Assembly: GCA_963790205.1 (NCBI GenBank)
Contig: CAWBNQ010000003.1
Span: forward strand, 1,023,022 to 1,087,021
Origin: Nitrospirota bacterium
GTDB lineage: Bacteria > Nitrospirota > UBA9217
Length of the DNA: 64,000 bases
Reading direction: 5' to 3'
Part shown: piece by piece, positions 1-10,263 of the stretch
Layout of the letters: each line of letters opens with the position of its first letter
Position numbering within the stretch: the stretch's first letter is position 1
Translations under genes and position numbers: made by a program
The notes under the pieces: model-generated
The model's database searches: none
What the model was told of the DNA's origin: nothing
The model's input: only the letters and a program-made list of their open reading frames with translations

Positions 1-1
1 T

Positions 2-1096
2 GCGCGCTTTGCTTCAAACCGCCGGGTTGAAATTGAAGAAAGCGGCGGGAAGAAGAACTCCTGCACATTCGAACAGGCGATCATTTCCACCGGTTCGGTG
101 CCGTCAATTCCGCCGTTCGGGGGAAATGCCGCGCAGAAGGTACTCACCAGTGAAATGCTTTTCGAACGGGATGCCCTTCCCGAATCGCTGGTGATCATCG
201 GCGGCGGTCCGATCGGTGTTGAGTTGGCGCAAATGCTGTCAAAATTAAACGTCAAATGCACCATTATCGAAATGCTGGACACCATCCTGCACGGAATTGT
301 CGAACCGGAGTTCGTGGATCGTCTCACGCAAAAGCTTTATGAGTCAAATATTGGTGTTTACGCTTCCTCAAAGGTGCGGGAAATAGAGCGGTCGGACAGG
401 GATTTTTACACGTCTTTCACGGATGCACAGGGTGATAGAAAAACCATTCAATCCCAACAGGTAATGGTTGCAGCCGGTAGATTGCCCAACGTGGGAGATC
501 TAAATCTGGAAGCGACCGGCATACAGTTTTCTCAAAGAGGCATTGCTGTAAATGAATATCTTGAAACGCACGTGAAAGGAATCTATGCTACGGGGGACGT
601 TATCCCAGGTCCGAAATTTGCGCATACTGCCACCTACGAGGGTCATATCGCAGCCGCAAACATCCTGAAGGGCAATGTCCAAAAGGCGGATTTTTCAAAA
701 AACTCCTGGGTCTTGTTTTCGGAACCTGAGGTGGCATCCGTCGGATATACACAAGCTGAAGCCATAAATCATGGACATGAAATCATTACGGGAAGCTATA
801 ACTACGAAATCGATGCCGCGGCTCAAATATCCGGGAATCCCTTCGGCGTGCTGAAATTTGTTGTGGATAAGAAAACCCGGCAGATTATCGGCGTTCATAT
901 CTTCACCCGGGGTGCCGCCTCGATTATCGGAGAAGCTGCTTTGATTGTATCCGGGAAATTAACCCTCCAGGATGTTGCCCAGGCCATCCATCCGCACCCC
1001 ACGTTGACGGAAGCGTTTGGGATTTTAGCAATCAATATGCTTGCATCAATCGATGAGGCCTTAACCGGACCACGACCCGAAAGAGGATCGGGATGA
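2..1096 (+). CDS. Pyridine nucleotide-disulfide oxidoreductase, dihydrolipoamide dehydrogenase-like (5' end outside the window)
   Basis: Frame is open from base 2 (..IISTGSVP..). Contains IIGGGPIGVE (NAD binding), IYATGDV and C-terminal HPHPTLTE. No C-terminal Cys pair, so not MerA. Confidence 0.85.
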   Translation, partial: ARFASNRRVEIEESGGKKNSCTFEQAIISTGSVPSIPPFGGNAAQKVLTSEMLFERDALPESLVIIGGGPIGVELAQMLSKLNVKCTIIEMLDTILHGIVEPEFVDRLTQKLYESNIGVYASSKVREIERSDRDFYTSFTDAQGDRKTIQSQQVMVAAGRLPNVGDLNLEATGIQFSQRGIAVNEYLETHVKGIYATGDVIPGPKFAHTATYEGHIAAANILKGNVQKADFSKNSWVLFSEPEVASVGYTQAEAINHGHEIITGSYNYEIDAAAQISGNPFGVLKFVVDKKTRQIIGVHIFTRGAASIIGEAALIVSGKLTLQDVAQAIHPHPTLTEAFGILAINMLASIDEALTGPRPERGSG

Positions 1097-1258
1097 TCAT
1101 CCACGTAGCTTAATGATTTGATCGCGAGGTCCAAAAACTCCGGACAATTAAGGCAGCGCCCACGATGGTCCTGAGCCGGGGCGGGACTGCTCTTCTTGAA
1201 GCCCTCGGTTACATGCGGTATAATAGCTCCAGTCTCTTTGTTCAAGAAAGGTTTTCAC

Positions 1259-2119
1259 ATGGCGCCGTTTATTGCGTTGCTCTATTCGTTCCTCTTTGGA
1301 CTGCTGCACGGGATACTGCCGGACGAGCACACATGGCCCATTACGTTCAGTTACGCTATCGCCGGCGCGAGCGGCAAGGAGGGAATGAAAGCGGGGCTGT
1401 ATTTTTCCGCCGCCTTCACGCTCCAGCGTGCACTTATTTCAGAGCTCGCCTACCTGGCCCTGGCTCCCTTCCTGCTCAACCCCGCCGTCAACGGCATTGT
1501 GTACCTTATCGTCGGCCTCGCCATGTCCGCTGCGGGCGCAATTGTCCTGCGCAAGAACCGATACGTCCACATCCACCTCTTCGGCCACTGTCACGGAGAG
1601 GCCTGTAAAATGGAACAAACGGACCAGATCTTTACGAAGCTGCATGAAGAGCCGTCCGCACGCGCGGCCACGCCCCCGGTACAATGGACCATCATCCACG
1701 GGTTTATTGCCGGGTTCGGTTTCGGCGGATTTTCGCTTTTTGTGAACACCGTTGCCGCCCCTGCAATGAAAAGCCCCTGGGCGGGGTTTCTCCCGGGGCT
1801 GGTTTTCGGACTGGGGACCATGATCATGCTCGTGATCGTCGGCGGCGTGTTCGGCGCCTCCTTGCGATGGATCCATGCGCTTACCGAAGAAGAAATAAAG
1901 CGGATCGGCTCACAGACCGGCGGGCGGACGCTGTTCTTCGGAGGAATACTGTTCGGAGCCGCAGGAGTTGTCGCCGTGACGGGCCTGGCCCGCTATCTGC
2001 CGCTCGCCTCCGACTACGCGTTCATGGCGCTTTTCATGATCATGGTAGCAATCCCGGCCTTTGTGTATTCGTTAAAAGAAGTCCTGGCGGCACGGAAATT
2101 GTCGGCCCCCAAATCGTGA
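1259..2119 (+). CDS. Multi-pass membrane protein, possibly Ni/Co transporter-like (NicO/RcnA/UreH-like)
   Basis: About 7-8 hydrophobic segments, N-terminal LLHGILPDEH motif and a His-rich loop HIHLFGHCH. Confidence 0.55.
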   Translation: MAPFIALLYSFLFGLLHGILPDEHTWPITFSYAIAGASGKEGMKAGLYFSAAFTLQRALISELAYLALAPFLLNPAVNGIVYLIVGLAMSAAGAIVLRKNRYVHIHLFGHCHGEACKMEQTDQIFTKLHEEPSARAATPPVQWTIIHGFIAGFGFGGFSLFVNTVAAPAMKSPWAGFLPGLVFGLGTMIMLVIVGGVFGASLRWIHALTEEEIKRIGSQTGGRTLFFGGILFGAAGVVAVTGLARYLPLASDYAFMALFMIMVAIPAFVYSLKEVLAARKLSAPKS

Positions 2120-2415
2120 GCATCGCCATGACTCATGAGCGGTCCTCCTTGAATGACGGGCGGCAATTTCCCCGGCGCTGAACCTGTTCGTTTCTCACGG
2201 ACGCGGGATATACGTATTACAATTACAGGCAGTCCCGGTCATGAACCTCGCCTTTGGGTGTGAAGATGGAAAAAGCACGTTTCTGTTCGTTACGTCGGAG
2301 AACAAGCGGGACAGGCGATGCCATCTTTGGGGACCACGATGACGGGTGTTGTGTTTTACCCGTTAAAAAGTAGTTTTAAAAAGGGACGCGCTGTACCGTA
2401 AGCCAGAAGAACGAC

Positions 2416-2445
2416 TTGACAGTATTATGAACATATGCTAATAAT
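2416..2445 (+). promoter_or_regulatory. Sigma70-type promoter with an overlapping palindromic operator upstream of DUF134
   Basis: TTGACA at 2416-2421, TAATAAT at 2439-2445; imperfect 22-bp palindrome ATTATGAACATATGCTAATAAT at 2424-2445 (18/22). Confidence 0.65.
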
Positions 2446-2450
2446 GATGT

Positions 2451-2753
2451 ATGGGGAGACCCAAGAAGAGCAGATGCATCAGATCAAGACCAAATGCGAT
2501 TTATTTTAAGCCACGGGGCGTCCCCCTCGTGGAACTTGAAGAGGTATCCATCAGTCTCGATGAATTTGAGGCAATACGGCTTGCGGATTACGAGGGGTTG
2601 TATCACGAGGACTCCGCTGACAAAATGATGATTTCGCGGCCGACATTCGGCAGGATACTCAGTGAGGCGCGCAGGAAGGTCGCTGAGTGCCTGGTGAAAG
2701 GCAAGGCGCTTACGATCGAAGTTGATCAACAAAAAGAGGAGGAAAAACCATGA
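2451..2753 (+). CDS. DUF134 family HTH DNA-binding protein
   Basis: MGRPKKSR..FKPRG..DEFEAIRLAD..ISRPTFGRIL..ARRKVA..G pattern. Confidence 0.9.
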   Translation: MGRPKKSRCIRSRPNAIYFKPRGVPLVELEEVSISLDEFEAIRLADYEGLYHEDSADKMMISRPTFGRILSEARRKVAECLVKGKALTIEVDQQKEEEKP

Positions 2754-3130
2754 AAGTATGTTTCCCGGTGCATAAAGATGAAGGGCTGGAAAGCTCAGTG
2801 TACAACCATTTCGGCTCGGCTCCCCTGTTTGTGGTTATTGATACTGATACGAACAATGTTGCAACCGTCAATAATCGGGACCAGCACCACTCACATGGAG
2901 CATGCAACCCGATGAAGGCGCTTGATAATCAAAAAGTAGATGCGATTGTTGTTGGCGGCATAGGTGCGGGCGCGCTCACCAGGCTGAACCAGATGGGGAT
3001 CAGCGTGTACCGTTCGCAGGCGGCCACGATACGGGACAATATGGCGATGTTCTCGTCGCAGGCCCTCCCCGTGTTGACACTCCAGGGTTGCTGCGGCGGC
3101 CACAGCAACGACGGGGGGTGCGCGCACTAG
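2750..3130 (+). CDS. NifB/NifX family (FeMo-cofactor-binding-like) protein
   Basis: HFGSAP, VVGGIGAGA, His/Cys-rich HHSHGAC and CCGGH; ATGA overlap with DUF134. Confidence 0.85.
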   Translation: MKVCFPVHKDEGLESSVYNHFGSAPLFVVIDTDTNNVATVNNRDQHHSHGACNPMKALDNQKVDAIVVGGIGAGALTRLNQMGISVYRSQAATIRDNMAMFSSQALPVLTLQGCCGGHSNDGGCAH

Positions 3131-3168
3131 ATTTTCCGCACGTATGAAGCCGACAGGAGGATAAGACC

Positions 3169-3497
3169 ATGGAAATCATGGGGCGGGCTCGCGGTTTTGC
3201 ATCCTTTTTGGTGTGCTCAAGAATCAGCAGTCGGATCCGTTTTGCCGTTCCTGCAATTCCTTCGTCAATGCGCTCGCAGCGGCACGAGAAAACCTGGCTG
3301 CGTTCGAAGCCCGGCATGCCGAAGAAATAAAGAACCTTCCGGAAGAGCTCTCCCGTCTCTTTGCAGACGCAAAGAGCGGGATAACCGCCCTGAAACAGCC
3401 GGTAATCCCTGTGGGGCAGAAGGAAGCGGGAACCTGCAAGCTGCCCGAGGGTGCCTGTTTTACAAAGTCATCTCTCGCAATTTCTCGGAAAGTTTAA
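3169..3497 (+). CDS. Small Cys-containing hypothetical protein with one frameshift at a T5 run near 3205
   Basis: AGGAGG then ATG at 3169 (MEIMGRARGFASF) joins the FGVLKNQQSDPFCRSC..CKLPEGAC frame if one T is added. Confidence 0.5.
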
Positions 3498-3569
3498 TGT
3501 TCGGTCATGCGCCGCAGAGACGCCCGGCTAGCCGGGGCTTCTATCGAGAAAGAGAGCAAACATTTATTC

Positions 3570-3881
3570 ATGAAAAAAGATATATTGGAATTTCAAGCCG
3601 AGGTTTGTAAGACCTTTTCCAATTTTAAAAGGCTTGAGATACTCGACCTCCTTAAAGCAGGGGAACTGACTGCCAGCGATATCACGAGAGAGCTCGGAGT
3701 CGCAAAAGCGAATACGTCTCAACATCTCGCGGTAATGCGCATGAGAGGTATTCTTAAAACAAGAAGAAAGGGTACGAACGTGTACTACAGGATGGCCAAT
3801 GAGAATCTCGCTCATGCCTGCAGTCTCATGCAGGATGCTCTTGCACAGATTACGGAGGACGCTCGGAAGCGGAAGGGCTAA
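3570..3881 (+). CDS. ArsR/SmtB family transcriptional regulator
   Basis: KRLEILDLL..ELTASDI..ANTSQHLAVMR..GIL..RKGTNVYY winged-helix pattern. Confidence 0.9.
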   Translation: MKKDILEFQAEVCKTFSNFKRLEILDLLKAGELTASDITRELGVAKANTSQHLAVMRMRGILKTRRKGTNVYYRMANENLAHACSLMQDALAQITEDARKRKG

Positions 3882-3981
3882 TCAAGACAGGGCCTGAAGC
3901 CGTTGAGCGGGATTTGTCGCAATAAATACGGTCACGCAGAATTTTGAGGCTGCTCTGAATGGACGTTGCAAGGGAGCCGCT

Positions 3982-5205
3982 GTGAAACGCGACGATGCCA
4001 AAAAGGGAAGTGTAATTTCTGTCGAAGGCAAAAAGTTAGCTGTCGGATCTACTGCGCTCAATGTATTTTTTGCCGCAATAAAGTTTTCCCTGTATCTTAT
4101 AACCGGCAGTTCCGCTCTTCTGGCGGAGACCGTGCATTCCCTTACCGATGTAATCGGGAGCCTCTTCGTCGTGGGAGGCTTATATCTTTCCGAAAAGAAA
4201 TCAGAGCAGTTCCCCTGGGGACTCTATAAGGTTGAAAACGTTGTGGCGGTGCTTTTAGCCGGCATGATATTCCTTTCCGCCTATGAGATAGCGAAAGTGA
4301 TCTACCAACCTTCTCCTCACGGGATGAGAAACCTTGACATTACTCTCATCATCCTTTTATTGATGGCATTTCCCATTATCCTGTTTTCACGATACGAGGC
4401 AAAAAAAGCAAAGGCAATAAATTTTCCCTCACTCATGGCCGATGCCGCACACTGGAGGGCGGATATGGCCCCCCTTGCCGTCGTGGCGGCAGGCATAGCC
4501 GGTGCCCGGCTTTCCTATCCCGTCATGGACAGGATTTCCGCTTTTGTGATACTGCTCTTGGTGCTTAAAGCAAGCTATGGGATATTGAAAGACTCCCTGA
4601 AGAGCCTCCTGGATGCGTCAGTTGACAAGGCGACCCTGCTGAAGATAAAGGATGTCTTGTCGAGGTTCCCGCAGGTGAAAGAGACAGGTTCGTTACATGC
4701 GAGAAACTCGGGAAGGTTCATATTTGTCGACATGGTTTTGGGAATTGCTTCGAAAACGTTCAAGGACGCCCACGCAATCGCTGATGATATCGAAGCGGAA
4801 ATAAAACGGCGGATCCCCTTCGTAGAAAACGTCATTATCCATTACAGGCCGGAGAAGAAGGATCATCAGAGATTTGCGGTACCCCTGGCTCAAAAAGGAG
4901 GAGAGATCTCAGAGCATTTCGGCAAGGCTCCTTTTATTGCATTGTGGGACAGAAGGGTGGACGGTATGACGTCGCCTCCGGAGATGCTGGAAAATCCTCA
5001 TGTGAACCTCGAGAAGAGCAGGGGTATCAGGCTTGCGGAATTTCTCGTAACCATGAAAGTGGACGTCCTGTACACGAGAGAGACTTTCGAGGGCAAAGGC
5101 CCGGAATACGTTTTTACCGATGCCGGCGTTGAGGTGAGGAAAACCAACGTGAAAAATCTGGGAGAGCTTATGGAATCAACGTCGTGCAGGCAGGCTACCG
5201 TATGA
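3982..5205 (+). CDS. Cation diffusion facilitator (CDF) transporter with C-terminal NifB/NifX-like domain
   Basis: HSLTD and HWRAD metal motifs, FPWGLYKVE, dimerisation domain, then SEHFGKAPF domain. Confidence 0.88.
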   Translation: MKRDDAKKGSVISVEGKKLAVGSTALNVFFAAIKFSLYLITGSSALLAETVHSLTDVIGSLFVVGGLYLSEKKSEQFPWGLYKVENVVAVLLAGMIFLSAYEIAKVIYQPSPHGMRNLDITLIILLLMAFPIILFSRYEAKKAKAINFPSLMADAAHWRADMAPLAVVAAGIAGARLSYPVMDRISAFVILLLVLKASYGILKDSLKSLLDASVDKATLLKIKDVLSRFPQVKETGSLHARNSGRFIFVDMVLGIASKTFKDAHAIADDIEAEIKRRIPFVENVIIHYRPEKKDHQRFAVPLAQKGGEISEHFGKAPFIALWDRRVDGMTSPPEMLENPHVNLEKSRGIRLAEFLVTMKVDVLYTRETFEGKGPEYVFTDAGVEVRKTNVKNLGELMESTSCRQATV

Positions 5206-5292
5206 CAAGAGGCGGTTTCTGTGTTTATGCCTAGGAGGTCATCCTTTTTCGTCTGCTATGAAGCAACAATTTTATTTTTCAAACTGTACCAC

Positions 5293-6397
5293 TAATACAA
5301 ACGCACTAAGTAATGTTACAAAGTCGCCTGACTTTGTGCTTTGACCACGAGTCAAGCGTCCTTTGGACCGTTGCCCAGATTGCGTCAAGGTTATCGAACC
5401 ACCGGTTGGTAGTTGATTCATAGCGAATCTGGCGCCATATGCGTTCCTGCATATTCAAGGCAGGCTGATATGGTGGTAAGTACACAATCCGGAGTCGTTT
5501 ATGCTTTCTGAGAAACTCCCGGATTGGGTCACCCCTATGCCAACGAGCTCGGTCAACATACAGCCAGATAGTGTAGCCACGAAGCTGGCTATAAAGGTGC
5601 CGCAGCACTTTGAGAAAACCTTCTCGGTTGCCACGTTCCGTTTGGATGACGCCGGCACGAGCCAGAAGAGGAGCCACCCAGCCGGAAACATTCAAACGTT
5701 TCTGATGCTGGCTGGTTGTCGGCACTTTCAACCGTTTCCCGATGAGCGCCCAGCCGCGGCCAAGCCGAGGGTGCAGAGTAAAACCGCATTCGTCCTGAAA
5801 AACCACAGTTTCTTTAGGACCCAGCGTTTTGAGTTTTTTTTAGGCTCCTGGCAAACTTCTTCGCGTCTTCTGCCTTTGCCTGGAGATAAACGTGATTGGC
5901 TCGCTTTAACCGATACCCAAGTTGATGCATCCAGTATTGGGCCTGACGGACTTTCAGCTTTATCCCGAACTGGCGCTGTAAATGAGTTGCCAAAGTGGGG
6001 CCATCCCATCGAATACGATTTAAGCCGAACTTCTGGGGCGATTCCTCCAGTTGAAGCTCTAGCTGAGCTACGATCTTAGGAGTCATCCGAACTGGACGGC
6101 CTGACTGCTTTTTCGGGACAAGGGCTTCTACTCCGTCCTTGTTTACCGCCCGCGTCCAGCGGTTTACGTTCATCCGGGTCTGGCCTAGGACTTCTGAGAT
6201 CCACCCCGGTCGTTGACCCTCCATTACCAAGAGGAGGGTAGCTATCTTTATGCCGATCCAAGCTCCTGGCACCTTCTCTGCGAGGGCCAGCAATTGCTCT
6301 TTGGACACCTTTATTGGGCTTGCAGGGGATGTTTTCATGCCCCCAGAATAACATAAAGTATGGTTAAAGTGTAACAATATTTACTGCGTTTGTATTA
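5293..6397 (-). mobile_element. IS630-family insertion sequence
   Basis: Terminal inverted repeats CTAATACAAACGCACTAAGTAATGTTACA (5292-5320) versus 6370-6398, 26/29 identical. TA at both ends; the empty site would be ACTAGT. Confidence 0.92.
5306..6338 (-). CDS. IS630 transposase (HTH ORF plus DDE ORF split at an A8 run, 5834-5841)
   Basis: ORF1 is winged-HTH (SGRP, WDGPTL); ORF2 has FQDE..VDRARWH..LPPYQPALNMQERIW. The frames join at the A8 run. Confidence 0.88.
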
Positions 6398-6524
6398 GTA
6401 GAATGGGAAGTGAAGGTGCCATTCGTTCATGATTTTCTCCGTGACCTCTGCTTGTGCCCGCGCTTTCGCAAGAGCAGGGTATGAACTCTGTGACTGAAAA
6501 TCTTTTTCTGAAGGAGGTACATTC

Positions 6525-6965
6525 ATGAAAATATCCGAAGTCATGACAAAGCAGGTCCATACCATCGGGCCCGACCAAACCTTGAAGGAGTGCGCCGAGA
6601 TCCTCAAAAAACGTCACGTGAACGGCCTCGTGGTAATGAATGACGGGAAGGTTGCGGGCGTCATCACCAAAGCGGACGTCTTCAAGGCCATACTTCCGGG
6701 CTATTCAGACATCATAGAAGACGAGAACAACATTGCGAGCTTCGAATATATCGAAGAGCGCGCTCATAAGCTGTATGACAAGAAGGTGCAGGATCTCATG
6801 GGCACGCCGCCAATCACCATAGAGAACGACACGCCGGTTGTGAAAGCAGGCTCGCTCATGATCCTCAGGAAGGTAAAACAGCTCCCCGTCGTTGACAACG
6901 GCAGGCTGTCGGGCATTGTCACCCTTACGGATATTATTAACTACATTACGGAGAAGGTCGCGTAG
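6525..6965 (+). CDS. CBS domain pair protein
   Basis: MKISEVMT..GLVV..GVITKAD and VQDLM..QLPVVD..GIVTLTD; AGGAGG RBS. Confidence 0.9.
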   Translation: MKISEVMTKQVHTIGPDQTLKECAEILKKRHVNGLVVMNDGKVAGVITKADVFKAILPGYSDIIEDENNIASFEYIEERAHKLYDKKVQDLMGTPPITIENDTPVVKAGSLMILRKVKQLPVVDNGRLSGIVTLTDIINYITEKVA

Positions 6966-7012
6966 ATGAGAGAGATAAAACCGGACTGCTTTCCGGAGCG
7001 CGGAGTAATGCA

Positions 7013-7908
7013 ATGCTCGCTCAGTTGCTCGAAAAATTCAATTCCGAACAGTTTGACTTACTGGCTGTAAATCTTCAACGAATATTGTACAGCCACTTTA
7101 GAAGAATCGGCCAGTTTCACAAGGCGCTCATAACGCGGTCTTTCTCTCAAGATTATGAGGAAGATGATACCCATCGGACCTGCACGTTCGGACAGTGGTA
7201 TTATTCCCAGGCGGCTCCGGAGATAGAAGAGAATAAAGAGTTTATCGAGCTTGGGAAGATTCACGAGGATTTGCACGCTGCCATGAGGGATTTGTTGAGA
7301 AAAGCCCGGAATGACGCCCCGCTCACTTCCGATGATTACGAGCGTTTCCTGAAAACGTACAATTTTTTTACGGACAAACTTGCAGAGCTCATTACGGAGA
7401 TAAACTTTGCTCAATATCAATTCGATCCCCTTACAAAGCTCCTGAACAGGCGGGCCTTTAAAATATTGGAGTACGAACTCAGCCTGTTGCAAAGAAATAA
7501 ACGGCGCTGACCGTTGCAATGGCGGATATTGATCGTTTTAAGAACGTCAACGATGCCCATGGCCACGCCGAGGGCGACGCTGTTCTGGAAGGCTTGGCGG
7601 ACTTGTTTCTCAAACAACTGAGAGGGTACGTTACGTTGTGCAGGTTCGGAGGCGAGGAGCTTATTTTCTGTCTCCCAAATACCGCGCTTTCGTCTGCGAA
7701 AAAAATCTTGGAGCGATTACGGAAAAAAGTCGAGCAAACGGGAATAACGTTGGCCGATGGAAAGGTAATCCATGTGACGATTTCGATCGGCATGGCCGAA
7801 TTAAAGGCGAAAGGCACAATTGACGGAATACTCCGCCGTGTTGACAGTGCTCTTTATAAGGCGAAAGAATCCGGACGAAACCGCGTAGATGCAGCGGCGC
7901 TTCCCTGA
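7013..7908 (+). CDS. CZB (zinc-binding) + GGDEF diguanylate cyclase, DgcZ-like, frameshifted near 7500
   Basis: H..THRTCTFGQWYYS..IHEDLH (CZB); DPLTKLLNRR; second frame LTVAMADIDRFK..GH..GD..RFGGEEL..SIG..ALYKAKESGRNR. Confidence 0.8.
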
Positions 7909-8093
7909 AAGCAAGCTCGAAAGATGCCTATGACCATTTTGGTCCGGGACGGACGCGGCAGGACAGGACTTTTCGGAAGGAGAGCGAAACGTTATCTTTG
8001 AACATAGGCAATGGTGGCTTATGCATTGCGATGATATTTTCGGATGAAAATTAAAGTGACCTGAATGAAATATTCTGAATAGACGACTCAAAA

Positions 8094-8303
8094 ATGAGAC
8101 CAGCAATTGTATATAAGCCCATAGGCGCTATTCACTCGCCATTCAAAGAACCCCGCGATACTCCAATACAGTCGGCCTGTGCCGGGGACATTGAGGGAAC
8201 TATGAAAATATTCCCAGAGTATCGTGAAGGACTCGCCGACCTGGAAGGATTTTCGAATATTTTTTTGATATATCATTTCCACGTATCAAACTGGGGCAAG
8301 TGA
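8094..8303 (+). pseudogene. Truncated TrmO/TsaA (YaeB)-like methyltransferase, N-terminal fragment only
   Basis: KPIGAIHSPF..TPIQ..YREGLADLEGFS..LIYHFH, then stops at 69 aa. Confidence 0.75.
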
Positions 8304-8322
8304 TGACGGCAGATTTTATCGC

Positions 8323-8976
8323 ATGAATAATATTTTTGATATGTTAACAGACAAATACGATGCCTGGTATGACTCAGAGGAGGGGCGCCCCCTCTTTGAG
8401 AGCGAGTTGAAATGCCTGAAACCATTGGTCGAAGATTCTCCTGAACCCATCCTTGAGATCGGCGTCGGAACAGGGAGATTCGCCATGCACTTTCCCGGCG
8501 TAACGGGAATCGACCCATCCCTGAATGCGCTCAGGATGGCGGAAACAAGAGGGGTGAAAACCGTACATGGTTATGGAGAGAATCTTCCGCTCGGGGATGA
8601 AACCTTCGGCTGCATTCTTCTCATCGTGACACTGTGCTTTGTCGAAAACCCCCTCGATGTATTACGAGAGGCGAAAAGGGTCGTGAGAAAGGATGGACGC
8701 ATCATTCTAGGATTTGTCCCCAAGGACTCCCCGTGGGGCGCCTTCTATGAGGAAAAGAAAAGGGCCGGCCATCCCTTTTACAGGAACGCCAGATTCTTTG
8801 TTCTGAAGGACATGGAAAATATGCTGCAAGCGGCAGGGCTGAAAATATCGAGGATCAGGAGCACCTTGCTGCAGAAGCCCGGCGGTATCCGCAGGATTGA
8901 AGAGCCTGTGGAGGGCAATGTGAGCGGGGCAGGATTTCTCTGTATAGAAGTGAAAAAAGATAACGGCCGATTGTAA
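8323..8976 (+). CDS. Class I SAM-dependent methyltransferase
   Basis: YDAWY, LEIGVGTGRF, GENLP, TLCFVENP..LREAKRV. Confidence 0.9.
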   Translation: MNNIFDMLTDKYDAWYDSEEGRPLFESELKCLKPLVEDSPEPILEIGVGTGRFAMHFPGVTGIDPSLNALRMAETRGVKTVHGYGENLPLGDETFGCILLIVTLCFVENPLDVLREAKRVVRKDGRIILGFVPKDSPWGAFYEEKKRAGHPFYRNARFFVLKDMENMLQAAGLKISRIRSTLLQKPGGIRRIEEPVEGNVSGAGFLCIEVKKDNGRL

Positions 8977-9123
8977 GCAGTGAACTCAGGAATGAAAAGC
9001 TTGCCGCGCTCAAGCAAGGCCAGCCGATCTCGGACAAAGGCGTGAGCGCTCTCGCGCGGTTCAAGGAGAAAAGCGCCGGAACACGTCCTGTCCGTCGCTG
9101 AAGTCGAGGCCGGAAAAACGGAA

Positions 9124-10233
9124 TTGAAAGCCTTGGATGAGATGATTGAATCGGATAAACAATACGGCATGGACAAACAACAACTATACGACGTCGTCAT
9201 ACAAAACCTCCCCGTGGGTTTTTCCATCGTGGATAAGGACGGCATCATCGTCGATTTTAATTCAGCCGGGGAGATGATCACCGGTTACCACAGGGATGAA
9301 GTGATCGGCAAACCGCACGTTGAGATCCTCCATGGCGCTCTTGAGAGAGACGCATGCCCTCTCTTTAAGCATGCTCTCTCGCGGCATGAGCAGGTAGTCG
9401 CAGTAGAGACCACGATAAGAAGGAAGGGCGGCGAGCTTGCCGCTCTCTCCGTTACGACCTTTCCGCTTCTTGACGATAACGGGAACCTTTCAGGCGCTGT
9501 TGAACTTTTCCGGGACATCACTGATTCCAAACAGCTCGAACGGGAGCGAAAGAATATCCTTTCCATGTTCGCCCACGATATGAAAAACCCCATTACGGCC
9601 GCGGGAGGGTTTTTAGCACGCCGGCTTTCGGGCAAGGCAGGCACGCTCACGGAGAAACAGCAAAGCTATCTTGAAATAATACGGAGCGAGCTTTATAGAG
9701 TATCGGACTTGTTGGCGGATTTTCTCGAATTCTCGCGTATTGAGGCAAAGGCATATATACCGGTCCCCCGCCCGTTCGATATTGAAAAGAACCTGCGCAG
9801 AAACGTCGAAGCCGCAAAGATAGAGGCGGACAAAAAGGGATTAACCGTCCTCTTTGGGGTCGCTGGGGAAATTCCGCCCTCGATCCTTGCTGATCCGGCC
9901 ATGATGGACCGGGTCATCTCGAACCTTCTCGATAATGCGATAGCCTATACGGACAAAGGCGGAACCATACGCGTTACTCTTTCGGAGAGGGACGGCGCGC
10001 TCCTTGTTTCCATTGCGGACACAGGCAGAGGCATTCCGGCAGATAAATTGCCCTATATATTTGACGCATTCTATCGTATAAGCCGGGACACAAAAGGATC
10101 CGGGCTCGGATTGTTCATTGTCAAAACGATCATCGAGGCGCATGGCGGAAGGATAGGGGCAGTGAGCACGCCTGAGAAAGGCAGCACCTTCAGCTTTACT
10201 TTACCCAAAAGGGGACCGCTACCGGCATCCTGA
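9124..10233 (+). CDS. Cytoplasmic PAS-domain sensor histidine kinase (start may be ATG 9142 or 9169)
   Basis: PAS..FRDIT; H-box FAHDMKNP; NLLDNA, DTGRGI, IFDAFY, GSGLGL. No cognate regulator adjacent. Confidence 0.9.
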   Translation: MKALDEMIESDKQYGMDKQQLYDVVIQNLPVGFSIVDKDGIIVDFNSAGEMITGYHRDEVIGKPHVEILHGALERDACPLFKHALSRHEQVVAVETTIRRKGGELAALSVTTFPLLDDNGNLSGAVELFRDITDSKQLERERKNILSMFAHDMKNPITAAGGFLARRLSGKAGTLTEKQQSYLEIIRSELYRVSDLLADFLEFSRIEAKAYIPVPRPFDIEKNLRRNVEAAKIEADKKGLTVLFGVAGEIPPSILADPAMMDRVISNLLDNAIAYTDKGGTIRVTLSERDGALLVSIADTGRGIPADKLPYIFDAFYRISRDTKGSGLGLFIVKTIIEAHGGRIGAVSTPEKGSTFSFTLPKRGPLPAS

Positions 10234-10263
10234 AGACATAATCCCGGCTCAAAGAAGGCAACA

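Noticed and set aside
2..1096. Mercuric reductase MerA
   Set aside because: No C-terminal Cys-Cys pair; it has the HPTxxE motif of lipoamide dehydrogenase-like enzymes.
2750..5205. Nitrogen fixation genes
   Set aside because: Only NifB/NifX-like small domains are present; no nifHDK or radical-SAM NifB.
7508..7510. Selenocysteine read-through of TGA in the diguanylate cyclase
   Set aside because: The downstream domain is in a different frame, so this is a frameshift.
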